From: an uncultured Verrucomicrobiota bacterium
Lineage (GTDB): Bacteria > Verrucomicrobiota > Verrucomicrobiia > Limisphaerales > AAA164-E04
Length of the DNA stretch: 64,000 bases
Direction of reading: 5' to 3'
NCBI GenBank assembly: GCA_913061285.1
Contig: CAJXVR010000003.1
Span: 748 to 64,747, forward strand
This document shows positions 29,635-40,342 of this stretch, one piece after another (positions within the stretch are counted from its first letter, which is position 1; every line of letters begins with the position of its first letter). The notes under the pieces were generated by a model that worked only from the letters and a program-made list of their open reading frames with translations, was not told the DNA's origin and ran no database searches. The position numbers and the translations under genes were made by a program.

Positions 29635-31551
29635 CTAGGGATGATTTTCGAGGCCGCTGATGCGCAAAAAGGTCGCCGGCAAACCATCCTCGTTGCGGAG
29701 TTCTATCGACAGAGGGAGTGCGTCCGGAGGAAAGACGTTGATGGGTTGCCAATCGAGGAGATCCTCGGATTGCTCGAGTTGAAAGGGGTGATCGGTGAAC
29801 CCTTGGATTTCGAGGGTTATCGAGGTGTTGTTCGATTTCTTGATAGCCACAAATCGGATTGCTTTGGAGCGTTCGAGATCGATGTGAAGAATCGCCGTTC
29901 CTGTGGTATTACCAAGGCCGCCGGCGGTATCAATGGCGATGCGGTAGTCTTCGCCACCGGTGGCGTCGAATGAAACGGATCTCCAGGTGCCGTTTGAACC
30001 AGTGAACTCGTCTTCGGCAATCAGGCTTAGGTCGCTGAATTGAGAGCCCTGGTAGACTCCAAGCATGGATGGGAAGCTGCTTCCCCTTGTTGTGATTGTG
30101 GCGTGACCTGAATCAGGGGCACGCCAGGTCCACCAAACGGATTTTGCGGCTCCGCTGAAGAATGATTGAGAATTGCCATGGCCCGGTTCTCTCGTCTCAC
30201 TCGTAGCATCAATGTTTGAGGCGTTACTGCTAACTGATTGGCCGGAAAGACGGATGGCGTTTTCGAAGTGGTCGTTGTCTTTGCGGATCTGAAGCGCGAC
30301 GAAGCCTTGCTCATCACCAAGACTATCGATGGCGATCAGGAGGGACTGTCCCTGGTCAACCGTCAATGAAACAGGGGTGGAATGGTTGAACTCATCGCTC
30401 GAAGTCGATCCTAATGGTTCGAGTGTCTGAAGGGCCTCGCCGCCGTAGACAGCTATTCGATGAGGGAAAGAAGTCCCGTCGGTCGTGATCTCAATTTTGT
30501 CGGCGATCGGAGAGGTCCACTGCCACCAGACCGAGTGTTTCGCGGGACTACCATCATGGGCTGGTTCGTTGGCTTCGGCGCTCGCTTCTAGATTCGAACC
30601 CGAACTCGATGTCCAGAAGCCTTTGAGAATTTGAGCATTCACAATGCTGTCATTGGAATGAGAGGCAGAGCGAAAGAGCGCAGCTTTAGGAGCATAGTGA
30701 TTGATCGTTGAAGCGTTGTCAGCGGGGGTTTCTGAGTCGGCTGAGGATCCGGTGGCTTCGCCGTTGAAGGAAATATTTGGATTCGAGAAATAGCCGATTT
30801 TCCGCCCAAATTGACGAGCCATGATCGTTCGATAGCTGGTGCCTTCCGCGCTGAATATCCATCCGTTAGAATAAGGGAAGAGTCCGGGAGAGCCTTGATC
30901 AGAACGGGTGTGATTGGCGCCGAGATTGTGCCCGAGTTCGTGCACTAGGGTGTAGGTGCCGACAAGACTACGGCGAAGGACGATTGAGAAGGCGATTTGG
31001 TCTGAAGGGGTGCTAAAGCTCGAAAGCTGAGTGCCTCGCCCAACCCCAGAGCTGTTTGGGGCTTCGATGATCAGAGTCACCAGGTCGGCACCGTGTTCGT
31101 CTCGTAGCGCGTGGGCTTGATCGTAGAATCCATCATCAGGTGCTTTGAGTCGATTGAGATCGGCGGATGTCGAGCCTGCTTCTGGTTCGTTGGTCGGGCC
31201 GATGTGTACGAGACGTACGCGTGCGTGTATTTGTGAGTTGGCCAGTGCTTCATTGGCATCGGCGATGGCATGCTCAATGAGCGGTCGGAGGCCGGCGAGG
31301 CCGCCTGATTGAGCTGCGGCCTCTGGTGAATAGAGAACCATGTGATCAATGATCACCAAATTCTGTTTGGGAGCGGTTGATTGGCTATGGGTAAGAGGCG
31401 CCACGAAGGTTAAGAGAATCAGTATGGCGCTCCAAAGGGTGGAAGGTGGTGCATGTCCCGTAGAAAGCGCGTTAGCGCAACGGCCTAGTGGGAGGTATCC
31501 GAATAGATTCAAAGGCTTCACTAAAAAACTTTCCTTGTCTTGTCCTGTCAA
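29635..31551 (-). CDS. Reprolysin-like (M12B) zinc metallopeptidase with two PPC-like repeats and a C-terminal beta-domain
   Basis: HELGHNLGANH and TIMA Met-turn; repeats NDSIVNA/NDHFENA..SVWW.W; C-terminal LEQSEDL.DW..FLR. Confidence 0.85.
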   Translation of the reverse strand: MTGQDKESFLVKPLNLFGYLPLGRCANALSTGHAPPSTLWSAILILLTFVAPLTHSQSTAPKQNLVIIDHMVLYSPEAAAQSGGLAGLRPLIEHAIADANEALANSQIHARVRLVHIGPTNEPEAGSTSADLNRLKAPDDGFYDQAHALRDEHGADLVTLIIEAPNSSGVGRGTQLSSFSTPSDQIAFSIVLRRSLVGTYTLVHELGHNLGANHTRSDQGSPGLFPYSNGWIFSAEGTSYRTIMARQFGRKIGYFSNPNISFNGEATGSSADSETPADNASTINHYAPKAALFRSASHSNDSIVNAQILKGFWTSSSGSNLEASAEANEPAHDGSPAKHSVWWQWTSPIADKIEITTDGTSFPHRIAVYGGEALQTLEPLGSTSSDEFNHSTPVSLTVDQGQSLLIAIDSLGDEQGFVALQIRKDNDHFENAIRLSGQSVSSNASNIDATSETREPGHGNSQSFFSGAAKSVWWTWRAPDSGHATITTRGSSFPSMLGVYQGSQFSDLSLIAEDEFTGSNGTWRSVSFDATGGEDYRIAIDTAGGLGNTTGTAILHIDLERSKAIRFVAIKKSNNTSITLEIQGFTDHPFQLEQSEDLLDWQPINVFPPDALPLSIELRNEDGLPATFLRISGLENHP

Positions 31552-31631
31552 TGTCAGGTTCTATGCTAATAGGTTCTGTCGAATGAACGACGGCATACGT
31601 TCAGGTAACTAATAACTTTTCTCTCTGTCAA

Positions 31632-32354
31632 ATGAAGCGAATTTCTAAACGCAAGTGCAGTGGCCTGTCTCGTGCCCTGGCGTTCACTTTAATAGAGCTA
31701 CTGGTGGTTGTGGCAATTATTGCCATTTTGGCAGGGATGCTACTTCCGGCTCTTGGTAAGGCAAAGGCGAAGGGTAAGGCGATTGCATGTACGAATAATC
31801 TTCGACAGTTGATCTTGGCGACGATCATGTATGAGGAGGATAGCAATCGCTTACCGGTCTGTTGGTTTCCTCCTCACAATCTGTGGTATCGAACCCTGCA
31901 ACCCTACGTGGGGCGGCAAACAAACGAATCAGGACAAGGGGTCTTCATCTGTCCTTCAAGCGTGCAGAAAGATGAGACGGGCGTGATGCGACCAGGTGGA
32001 TTCTGGGGCTTTCTTGCCTATGCGCAAAACAGTCGGATCAACGCTGGCCGGGCTGACATGGGAATGAGAAATATTCAGGACCCTGTAGGAACGATCATGT
32101 TTGCAGACACCGACGGTTGGGATGCTTGTCTGTACTCCGACGATGATGGTACGGCGAACGTGCTTTATCGTCATAGTGGGGGTACGGAATGGAGTTCTAA
32201 GACCAAACGACTAACGGTTCGAGCCAATCGAGAAGTACGCTTCGGTAAAGCCAATGCTTCGTTTCTTGATGGTCATGTTGAAGCGGTGAGCGAGGCACCG
32301 CGCGAAATGTTTACCGTTGAACGCGAGGCCCCACGAAGCGAGGAACAGCGCTAA
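31632..32354 (+). CDS. Prepilin-type N-terminal cleavage/methylation protein (H-X9-DG/DUF1559-like)
   Basis: [38 protein letters not shown]...[10 protein letters not shown]. Confidence 0.92.
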   Translation: MKRISKRKCSGLSRALAFTLIELLVVVAIIAILAGMLLPALGKAKAKGKAIACTNNLRQLILATIMYEEDSNRLPVCWFPPHNLWYRTLQPYVGRQTNESGQGVFICPSSVQKDETGVMRPGGFWGFLAYAQNSRINAGRADMGMRNIQDPVGTIMFADTDGWDACLYSDDDGTANVLYRHSGGTEWSSKTKRLTVRANREVRFGKANASFLDGHVEAVSEAPREMFTVEREAPRSEEQR

Positions 32355-33090
32355 AGTGTACTTTATCTGGCTATTGTCGCTGCTCTTCCTTGGTGGCTTG
32401 GGTTGGTTGACGCTTAAGAAGCTTCCGTGGTTAGGGCAAATCCTCATTGGTTGTAGTGTCCTCGGTTGTTTGAGTTTGGTCTCGTGGGAGATCTTTACGT
32501 CATTCGGTGGGGGGGGCGCTCCGAGGCTTCATCGTTCTCAAGCGGCAGTGGCCTACACCATCGCACAGCAGTTCTTGGGGGACACCGAGGCGAGAAAGGG
32601 AACCGTGGTCTTGCTCTTTCCACCTGAGCGGGCGGCTCCCACGGGGGCACTCGATTCGTTTTACGAAGCCTTTGCCCGAGTGATGACTCGATTCCCGACT
32701 ATCGAGGTGCGGGAGCAGACACTTGATGCGCCGAGCTCTGCGGTTAGAAAGGGAAGCGTCACTGCGGAACAGTTTTCGGCATCCCTTGGATCAGATGAAG
32801 GGCTCTTGGCGATTGTGTCTTGGGTGGGATTCCCGGACGGCGCTGAGCGCTTGGCCATGTTTCGCGATATCGAGACCCGGGTTCCTCTGTACGTCTTTGA
32901 TCCGAGCGGAGGGACGAACTGGTTGAACTCGGTTGAGTCCGGCATCATTCGCGGAGGAGTCGTTCCTTTGGCGTCCAAGGCTCTAAGTGCACCGGCAACC
33001 GGCCCGCGGACGCCCAATGTGGTTTTTTCTGAATCCTATCGTATGGTGACTCCTGCGAATTTGACTCGGGTTCTTTCGGAGATCCAGTGA
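32317..33090 (+). CDS. Hypothetical protein, two N-terminal TM segments plus a soluble alpha/beta domain
   Basis: 257-aa ORF overlapping the prepilin stop; hydrophobic N-terminus. Confidence 0.65.
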   Translation: MNARPHEARNSAKVYFIWLLSLLFLGGLGWLTLKKLPWLGQILIGCSVLGCLSLVSWEIFTSFGGGGAPRLHRSQAAVAYTIAQQFLGDTEARKGTVVLLFPPERAAPTGALDSFYEAFARVMTRFPTIEVREQTLDAPSSAVRKGSVTAEQFSASLGSDEGLLAIVSWVGFPDGAERLAMFRDIETRVPLYVFDPSGGTNWLNSVESGIIRGGVVPLASKALSAPATGPRTPNVVFSESYRMVTPANLTRVLSEIQ

Positions 33091-33120
33091 GGGTTTAGTC
33101 TCAATGCCTTTGATGAGCTT

Positions 33121-33900
33121 GTGAGAATTCTTCATCACGGTTGTTTGATGCTACTGGTGCTTTTCGATGTTAGTGGCGATCTGCGAGCTGCTCTTGTTGA
33201 GGAAAGCCTCTTGAGTCAGGTGTTTAGGGTTCGCAATGATTCGGGCCTCGAAGAGTACCGAACGTTAGCACTGCGAGGGGAAGCCCCTGCCTTTCGAGCC
33301 GTGGTTGCCCGACGATGGCCTTCCGGTATGGTGCCTGTGTATGCTGTCAAGCGAGGGAATGGTATGGTATTGCAGCGCTTCCCGCCTCGCGGTCAGGAAG
33401 GACTTGTTGAACCCTTGTTCTTTGGTCTGCCCTGTCGGAACGAGAGAACGGATTTGAACCTTCTTGGACGATGGGAATGCATCGCTCGCCACGCCGACGG
33501 TGCTGAGGAATACTTTTCGTGGGATTTGGCAGTGAAGGGAGAGGAGGTGGTCGGGCGTTTTGATATCGATACCGATTTCCGATTTGCCTCGATCGTGAAA
33601 GGAGAATGGCGTCCGCCGCGCTTGAAACTTGAGGTGGTTTATATTCGAGCCGAGTATCACTTGTCCGGGGTGCTTGGGCCAGATGGGCTAAGTGGTGAAT
33701 GGACACACGTGGGGGAAGAAGACGGAGGGACGTGGGAAGCAACACGCGTTGAGAAGGTGCCTGAGCTTTCCTTGAAATCGCTGGTTGCGCTTGTGTCCTA
33801 TCAACGAGCGGATGGTGAGGTGTGCTTTCGACTTGAAGGCGATGATCCTGGGGACGGGTGGAAACGCGAAAGTCAGAACCTTTGTCGCGTTTGGCGCTAG
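33121..33900 (+). CDS. Hypothetical secreted protein
   Basis: 259-aa ORF with a signal-like N-terminus and a beta-rich G.W..G.W segment. Confidence 0.6.
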   Translation: MRILHHGCLMLLVLFDVSGDLRAALVEESLLSQVFRVRNDSGLEEYRTLALRGEAPAFRAVVARRWPSGMVPVYAVKRGNGMVLQRFPPRGQEGLVEPLFFGLPCRNERTDLNLLGRWECIARHADGAEEYFSWDLAVKGEEVVGRFDIDTDFRFASIVKGEWRPPRLKLEVVYIRAEYHLSGVLGPDGLSGEWTHVGEEDGGTWEATRVEKVPELSLKSLVALVSYQRADGEVCFRLEGDDPGDGWKRESQNLCRVWR

Positions 33901-34068
33901 GAATAAATCGATAGCCGTGATGTGGAGAGCGGAGAAATGGGTTCAGGGTGGGGCGACTTCGATGTGGGGCACTTGGCCGTATTCGTCGATAATTAGTCGG
34001 TGGACAATCTTGGAAGGAGTGCCTAGGGTCGGGAATCTCCCACGAATAGATCTTGGTGCCAATACGTC

Positions 34069-34827
34069 ATGAAAAAGAATGCTGCGTTTACCTTAATAGA
34101 ACTGCTCGTCGTTATTGCAATCATCGCGATCTTGGCCGGAATGCTTCTCCCTGCACTGTCGAAGGCGAAAGAGAAAGGGAAACAGGCAAGTTGCATGAAC
34201 AACCAACGGCAGATTGGTCTCGCCTCTCGGATCTATTCTGATGACAACGACTCGAAGTATGCCTTTACCTTTCAAGTTCGGGATAACAATGCGTTCCGAA
34301 AGGCGTGGTTCAATTTTCTGGCTTCCTATACCCAAACCACGAATATCATGCTCTGTCCTTCACGAAGCAAGCGGTTCGATCAGTTTTATCAGAACTATCC
34401 GAGCGATGAGCGAGACAAAGCAGTCTCAAACTATGCAGCCAATTTTCAGCTGGGTGGCTGTGACTGGCCCGGTGTTTGGCCCAAAGACACCTGGCGTCAG
34501 CTGAAAGATACGGAAGTGCGTAGTCCTTCCAGTGTGGTGTATCTCACCGATGGAGGATCAAAGCCCGTAAATACGACTGATCCTGAGCGCTGTGTGACAC
34601 CTCAGTCCGATGAAAAACCGGGATGCTGGATTGTCCATGATCCAGGAGATAGCTCACCGTGTGGAGGGTGTGTGACGGCTGCTGATGGGAATTGGGGTGG
34701 GCCGCATCTACGCCACTTGGGGCGGAGTATTGTTCTTTTCGCCGATGGACACGTTGAGACCATGCGGTCTTCGCAGTGGTACTGGGCGGGGACTCCATGG
34801 CTGAACCCGAGAGAGGGCGGCAACTAG
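34069..34827 (+). CDS. Prepilin-type N-terminal cleavage/methylation protein with H-X9-DG motif
   Basis: [48 protein letters not shown]. Confidence 0.93.
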   Translation: MKKNAAFTLIELLVVIAIIAILAGMLLPALSKAKEKGKQASCMNNQRQIGLASRIYSDDNDSKYAFTFQVRDNNAFRKAWFNFLASYTQTTNIMLCPSRSKRFDQFYQNYPSDERDKAVSNYAANFQLGGCDWPGVWPKDTWRQLKDTEVRSPSSVVYLTDGGSKPVNTTDPERCVTPQSDEKPGCWIVHDPGDSSPCGGCVTAADGNWGGPHLRHLGRSIVLFADGHVETMRSSQWYWAGTPWLNPREGGN

Positions 34828-34862
34828 TTCGCAGTCTTGTTAAGGCTGTTTTTCCGAGTTCT

Positions 34863-34889
34863 TGTCACATCGATCCAATCGATGTGACA
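34863..34889. repeat. Perfect 12-bp inverted repeat (operator or hairpin)
   Basis: TGTCACATCGAT-cca-ATCGATGTGACA, with no flanking T-run. Confidence 0.7.
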
Positions 34890-34986
34890 GGCTCATTATT
34901 CGATTCCCATGCATCCTTCAATGTCGCGTAGGGTTTTTCCAAGGCGTGAGACCCCGTTTCTCATTTGAATAAGAGCGCGACGAGAT

Positions 34987-37900
34987 GTGATGAATGGATT
35001 GAACGAGGCAGAGGCCACTGCAAGTGAAGGGCCGAGGCGACAGGATGGGGCGTGGAAATCTAGTTTCTGGAGCCTTTTCGTCACTCAATTCCAAGGAGCC
35101 TTTAGCGACAACGCGTTCAAGTTCGTTGTGATGTTCTTAGTGATGGCCGGGATGTCGCGTGATGAAAAAGATGCGTTGGCTCCAGTTATCGGAGCGGTCT
35201 TTGCCTTGCCCTTTATTCTCTTTTCAATGATAGGAGGAATGCTCGCGGATCGGTACAGCAAGCGAACTATCGCGGTTACCACCAAGATCGCTGAGGTGGG
35301 AATTATGGCGCTGGCCGTTCTCGGATTGTATACCAACCAGATTTGGCTCCTGATCGTCGTTGTGTTTTTAATGAGCACTCAAAGTGCTTTTTTTGGTCCC
35401 TCGAAGTATGGTTTGCTTCCAGAGATGCTCCCGGAGTCGAGGCTTTCCTGGGGCAACGGCTATATCAGTCTGGGGACCTTCGTCGCCATCATTCTTGGAA
35501 CGGTGGTTGCTGGGCAGCTTTCAGAACGCTTCGTCGATGCGCTCTGGATTCCTGGTAGCTTGTTGGTTCTCTTGGCTGTGATAGGATTGGGGACGAGTCT
35601 AGGGATCAAGAAACTTCCGGCGGCGAACCCAAGCCGTCCGATTCGTATCAATTTTCTCCCTCAGGTGGCGGCGCAGATTGGACTGATTCGTAAAGATCGT
35701 TCTTTGTTCCTAGCAATCATTGGCGATGCCTATTTTCTGTTCTTGGGAGCAATGATTCAGTTGACAGTTCTCTTCTATGGAAAGGAGTCGCTCGGTTTGG
35801 CGGATAGTCAGATTAGTTATCTGATGGGAGCCTTGGCCATCGGAATCGGGTTGGGGAGCTTTCTGGCTGGTTACTTGTCTGAGGGAAAGATTGAGTACGG
35901 TCTCGTACCTCTCGGCGCTGTCGGGATGACCTTGTCCTGTTTTGTGATGGCGTTGCCCGGGGCCGATTTCCAGCGTGTTTTTCTTACCTTGGTTGTCTTG
36001 GGTGTTTCCGGTGGATTCTTTGTGGTGCCTTTAGCGGCTATGATTCAACACAGACCTGACCCCAAGGAAAAGGGCTCGGTGATTGCGATTGATTCGATCA
36101 TGGCCTTTGTCGGGGTATTCGTCGCTTCAGTTATTTACTATGGGTACAAGCAGGGTCTAGGATTCACCGATCTAGAAATCTTCTTTGCCTGCGGCCTGAC
36201 GACGCTCTTGGGAAGTGCCTATGCCATATTCCTGATGCCCGATGCATTGCTGCGGTTCATTCTGCTCGGGTTCACGCACTCGATCTACCGTATTAAGATA
36301 CTGGGGCGGGTGAATGTTCCTGAACGAGGCGGCGCATTGTTGGTCTCGAATCATCTCTCCTTTGTTGATGCCTTGTTATTGCAAGCGTCGATGGATCGGC
36401 CGATCCGGTTCATTATGTATCGAGGATTGTACGAACAGTGGTATCTGAAGCCCTTCGTTAAGTTGTTCAACGTCATACCCATTTCGTCGCAGTCAAGACC
36501 CAAGGAGCTTCTAAAGTCCCTGAAGGACGCAACGAAGGCGATTCAGGACGGGCATGTTGTTTGTATCTTCGCCGAGGGTCAGATTACGCGAACGGGGCAG
36601 CTCTTGCCTTTTAGACGGGGCTTTGAGCGGATCATGAAAGATGTTGATGCGTCGATCATTCCGGTGAATCTAGATGGTCTGTGGGGAAGTATCTTTAGTT
36701 TTGATCGTGAACGTTTTGTTTGGAAATTGCCGCGTTCGATCCCTTATCCCGTAACGGTCAGCTACGGGGTGCCCATGCCTTCAAGCGCTCAGCCACAAGA
36801 AGTGCGCCGTGCGGTCCAGGAGCTTGGATCTGAAGCTTGGGCACTGAGAAAGAATCGGATGAGATCGATTCCGGCGGGATTTGTACAGTCGGCGCGCTGG
36901 CATCCTGCTCGGGCCTTTCTGGCTGATGCGAAAACGGACGGTCTTGGCTTCGGTTCGGCCTTGGTGATGTCGCTTTTTTTGGCTCTGCGCTTGAAGTCCG
37001 TGGTGGGAAATCAGGAGAAGGTCGGCCTGCTGGTGCCTCCGTCAATCGGTGGGGCCTTGGTGAACTTTGCTGCTTGGTTTCTTGGCAAGGTGCCAGTCAA
37101 TCTCAACTACACGCTATCCGTTGATGGGATCGAGTCGTGTATCCAGCAATGTCGCGTGACTAAGGTGGTCGCTGCTCGGCAGCTGATGGAGCAGCTAAAA
37201 CTGGAATTAAGGACGCCCGTCGTTTATCTCGAGGATTTGGCGAGGGCGCCCAGTGTTGGCGAGCGACTTATGTCGATCGGAACAGCCCTGTTCTGTCCCT
37301 ATCGCTTATTTCGATTTGTCCTCGGTGCATCACCCCTGCCGAAGCTAGATGATGTCGCTACCATCATTTTCTCGAGTGGGAGTACTGGGGAGCCTAAGGG
37401 AGTCGAACTGACTCACTACAACATTGTTTCCAACGTTGAGCAACTAACCCAAACATTCAGTTTATCAAAGAAGGATTCGTTTCTTGGCGTGTTGCCGTTC
37501 TTCCATTCATTCGGTTTTACCGGAACGATGGTGATGCCGGCACTGAGTGGTTTGCGGGCGGTGTATTATCCCAATCCCTTGGATGCTCGAACGATTGGTG
37601 GACTTGTTGCTAAACATCGTGTCACCTTCCTCTTGGCAACACCGACTTTCTTGCAGATTTACATGAGAGGGTGCACGCCGGAACAATTCGGAAGTGTGCA
37701 GTTCGCGATGGTGGGGGCGGAAAAGCTTTCGGATCGTGTGGCGCGAGCTTTCGAAGAGCGCTTTGGGGTGCGGCCCTTGGAAGCCTTCGGGTGCACGGAA
37801 TGTTCTCCAGGCGTGACCGTGAACACGCGGGACTATCGGAACACAGGGGTCTATCAGGTCGGTGGGAAACAGGGCAGTATCGGGCACCCCCTGCCAGGGA

Positions 37901-38430
37901 TGAGCGTTCGGATTGTGGATCTCGACAGTGGTGACTTTATAACCGACGATCAATCGGGACTTCTACTCGTTAAAGGACCGAATGTCATGAAGGGGTACTT
38001 GGGTCGGCCGGAGAAAACGGCTGAAGTCTTGAAAGATGGGTGGTACTCCACGGGAGATGTTGCTGCGATTGATGGCGACGGATTCTTGCGAATTACGGAT
38101 CGGCTGAGTCGCTTCAGTAAGATTGGCGGTGAGATGGTGCCGCACATCAAAGTGGAAGAGATACTGCAGGATTTAGCCGATCGAGATGACACGGTGTTTG
38201 CCGTGACAGGCGTTCCTGATGAGAAGAAGGGGGAACGATTGATCGTTCTTCATACACTCTCTGAGGAACAGATGGCCAGTTGCGTCGAGAGGCTTGGTTT
38301 GGTAGAGATTCCGAATCTTTGGAAGCCGCGCAAGGATCAGTTTTTTTCCATCAAGGCCTTGCCCTATTTAGGTACAGGCAAGCTTGATCTGAAGAACGTT
38401 CGATCCATGGCATGTGAACTTGCCGGCTGA
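34987..38430 (+). CDS. aas: Aas-like fusion: LplT-type MFS + acyltransferase + acyl-ACP synthetase
   Basis: TQFQGAFSDN/FGPSKYG MFS; NHLSFVD and FAEG PlsC motifs; FSSGSTGEPKG, GCTE, TGD and RFSKIGGEMV adenylation motifs. Confidence 0.92.
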   Translation: MMNGLNEAEATASEGPRRQDGAWKSSFWSLFVTQFQGAFSDNAFKFVVMFLVMAGMSRDEKDALAPVIGAVFALPFILFSMIGGMLADRYSKRTIAVTTKIAEVGIMALAVLGLYTNQIWLLIVVVFLMSTQSAFFGPSKYGLLPEMLPESRLSWGNGYISLGTFVAIILGTVVAGQLSERFVDALWIPGSLLVLLAVIGLGTSLGIKKLPAANPSRPIRINFLPQVAAQIGLIRKDRSLFLAIIGDAYFLFLGAMIQLTVLFYGKESLGLADSQISYLMGALAIGIGLGSFLAGYLSEGKIEYGLVPLGAVGMTLSCFVMALPGADFQRVFLTLVVLGVSGGFFVVPLAAMIQHRPDPKEKGSVIAIDSIMAFVGVFVASVIYYGYKQGLGFTDLEIFFACGLTTLLGSAYAIFLMPDALLRFILLGFTHSIYRIKILGRVNVPERGGALLVSNHLSFVDALLLQASMDRPIRFIMYRGLYEQWYLKPFVKLFNVIPISSQSRPKELLKSLKDATKAIQDGHVVCIFAEGQITRTGQLLPFRRGFERIMKDVDASIIPVNLDGLWGSIFSFDRERFVWKLPRSIPYPVTVSYGVPMPSSAQPQEVRRAVQELGSEAWALRKNRMRSIPAGFVQSARWHPARAFLADAKTDGLGFGSALVMSLFLALRLKSVVGNQEKVGLLVPPSIGGALVNFAAWFLGKVPVNLNYTLSVDGIESCIQQCRVTKVVAARQLMEQLKLELRTPVVYLEDLARAPSVGERLMSIGTALFCPYRLFRFVLGASPLPKLDDVATIIFSSGSTGEPKGVELTHYNIVSNVEQLTQTFSLSKKDSFLGVLPFFHSFGFTGTMVMPALSGLRAVYYPNPLDARTIGGLVAKHRVTFLLATPTFLQIYMRGCTPEQFGSVQFAMVGAEKLSDRVARAFEERFGVRPLEAFGCTECSPGVTVNTRDYRNTGVYQVGGKQGSIGHPLPGMSVRIVDLDSGDFITDDQSGLLLVKGPNVMKGYLGRPEKTAEVLKDGWYSTGDVAAIDGDGFLRITDRLSRFSKIGGEMVPHIKVEEILQDLADRDDTVFAVTGVPDEKKGERLIVLHTLSEEQMASCVERLGLVEIPNLWKPRKDQFFSIKALPYLGTGKLDLKNVRSMACELAG

Positions 38431-38511
38431 GATTGCTGGGGATGAGTGGCGACAGGAGATCTTTTTTCTTTTCAGGCCGTGCTGATCAACGATGATCGTC
38501 TTCCATATCCC

Positions 38512-40284
38512 ATGAACAGAATTAGCATCCGATTACTAGGGTTGATCCTTTCTCTGGCTTGCATAGCCGTATCTGCCAAGGCGCCAAACATCGTATTGGT
38601 CATTACCGATGATCAAGGATACGGTGACTTGTCCTGTCATGGAAATCCGGAGCTAAAAACCCCCCATATCGATCGCCTTCACTCCGACAGCGTGCGATTG
38701 ACGGATTACCATGTGGCCCCAACCTGTGCGCCAACCCGTAGTGCCCTGATCACGGGCCACTGGACGAATCGAACCGGAGTCTGGCATACGATTATGGGGC
38801 GATCGATGCTTCGGGCCAACGAAGTGACGATTGGTACGATGCTGGGTGAGGCAGGCTACGCGACTGGCATGTTTGGCAAATGGCATTTGGGGGACAATTA
38901 CCCTTATCGTCCTGAAGATCGCGGTTTTCAGGAGGTGCTTCGGCATGGGGGCGGCGGTGTGGGACAGACTCCTGATTATTGGGACAATGCCTATTTTGAT
39001 GGGAGCTATTGGCACAACGGCATTCCAGAACCGGCGAAAGGCTTTTGCACCGACGTTTTTTTTGATTATGCCATCGATTTCATTGAGTCGAAGAAAGACG
39101 GGGATGATCCGTTTTTTGTCTACCTTTGTACTAACGCTCCTCATGGCCCGATGCATTCTCCTGAGGCAAGCAGTCAACCGTATCAGCATTTGGGTAAAGG
39201 GATTGCCAATTTCTACGGAATGATCGCGAACATTGATGACAACGTGGGGCGCATGCGGTCCTACTTGCAGAAGAATAATTTGGAGGAAAATACCATTTTC
39301 ATTTTCACCACGGACAATGGCACGTCGTCTGGAGATAAAATTCACAACAACGGAATGCGAGGCCGAAAGGGGAGTGAGTATGATGGGGGGCATCGAGTTC
39401 CATTTTTTATTCGTTGGCCGGGAGGGGGACTTACGGGAGGGCGAGATGTCTCTATGATTACCTCTTATGTGGACATTGTGCCAACGCTCCTAGACCTTTG
39501 TGGTGTGCGGGCGCCGCAGTCTGTAAAATTCGATGGGGTGAGTCTTCGCCCCTTACTCTTCAACAATGGCCTTGAATCCTGGCCAGATCGCATTCTGGTG
39601 ACCGATTCGCAGCGGGTTCGAGATCCAATAAAATGGCGGAAAAGCAGTGTGATGACGGATCAGTATCGATTGATCAATGGCAAGGAGCTCTATGACATCA
39701 AGGTTGATCCGGGACAGAAACGAGATGTTGCTGCGAAGCACTCTGGTGTCGTGAAACGATTGCGAGATTTTTATGACGAATGGTGGGCTGAGCTAGAACC
39801 GACCTTTTCTGAAACGACCGAAATCTATCTTGGGCACCCCAAAGCCAACCCAGTCCGCTTGACCAGTCACGATTGGATCGCCAATGGGAGTACTCCTTGG
39901 AATCAGCGGTCCATTCGCAATGCTGAAAAACGTCCTTCTAATACCGGCTTCTGGGCGGTGAAAGTGATTGAATCAGGGGAATACGAAGTCGAACTCCGAC
40001 GTTGGCCTCGAGAAATTGATCATCCGATATCGGCGTCACTTTCTCCTGGAGCTGCCGTTCCGGGTGCGGATGCATTTAGGACGGCGCCAGGGAAATCCTT
40101 TCCGGCTGTTGAAGCAGCCCTCATTCTCGGAGGCAAATCGATGAAGAAACGGATCGCAGCGGGTGACACCTCCGTGACCTTCCGAGTTCAACTTGAGCCG
40201 GGCAATGACGAGCTGTGGGCAAAGTTCATCGATACTTCAGGGCAAGAAATGGGGGCCTTCTATGCCTACGTGCGCAAACGCTAA
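38512..40284 (+). CDS. Arylsulfatase (S1 family)
   Basis: PNIVLVITDDQG, CAPTR, GKWHLG, TDNG, KGSEYDGGHRVP. Confidence 0.93.
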   Translation: MNRISIRLLGLILSLACIAVSAKAPNIVLVITDDQGYGDLSCHGNPELKTPHIDRLHSDSVRLTDYHVAPTCAPTRSALITGHWTNRTGVWHTIMGRSMLRANEVTIGTMLGEAGYATGMFGKWHLGDNYPYRPEDRGFQEVLRHGGGGVGQTPDYWDNAYFDGSYWHNGIPEPAKGFCTDVFFDYAIDFIESKKDGDDPFFVYLCTNAPHGPMHSPEASSQPYQHLGKGIANFYGMIANIDDNVGRMRSYLQKNNLEENTIFIFTTDNGTSSGDKIHNNGMRGRKGSEYDGGHRVPFFIRWPGGGLTGGRDVSMITSYVDIVPTLLDLCGVRAPQSVKFDGVSLRPLLFNNGLESWPDRILVTDSQRVRDPIKWRKSSVMTDQYRLINGKELYDIKVDPGQKRDVAAKHSGVVKRLRDFYDEWWAELEPTFSETTEIYLGHPKANPVRLTSHDWIANGSTPWNQRSIRNAEKRPSNTGFWAVKVIESGEYEVELRRWPREIDHPISASLSPGAAVPGADAFRTAPGKSFPAVEAALILGGKSMKKRIAAGDTSVTFRVQLEPGNDELWAKFIDTSGQEMGAFYAYVRKR

Positions 40285-40342
40285 GCACAGATTGCAATCC
40301 GAGACATTTAACCAGACATTTGGTCGACACCTTCTCGCTGAC

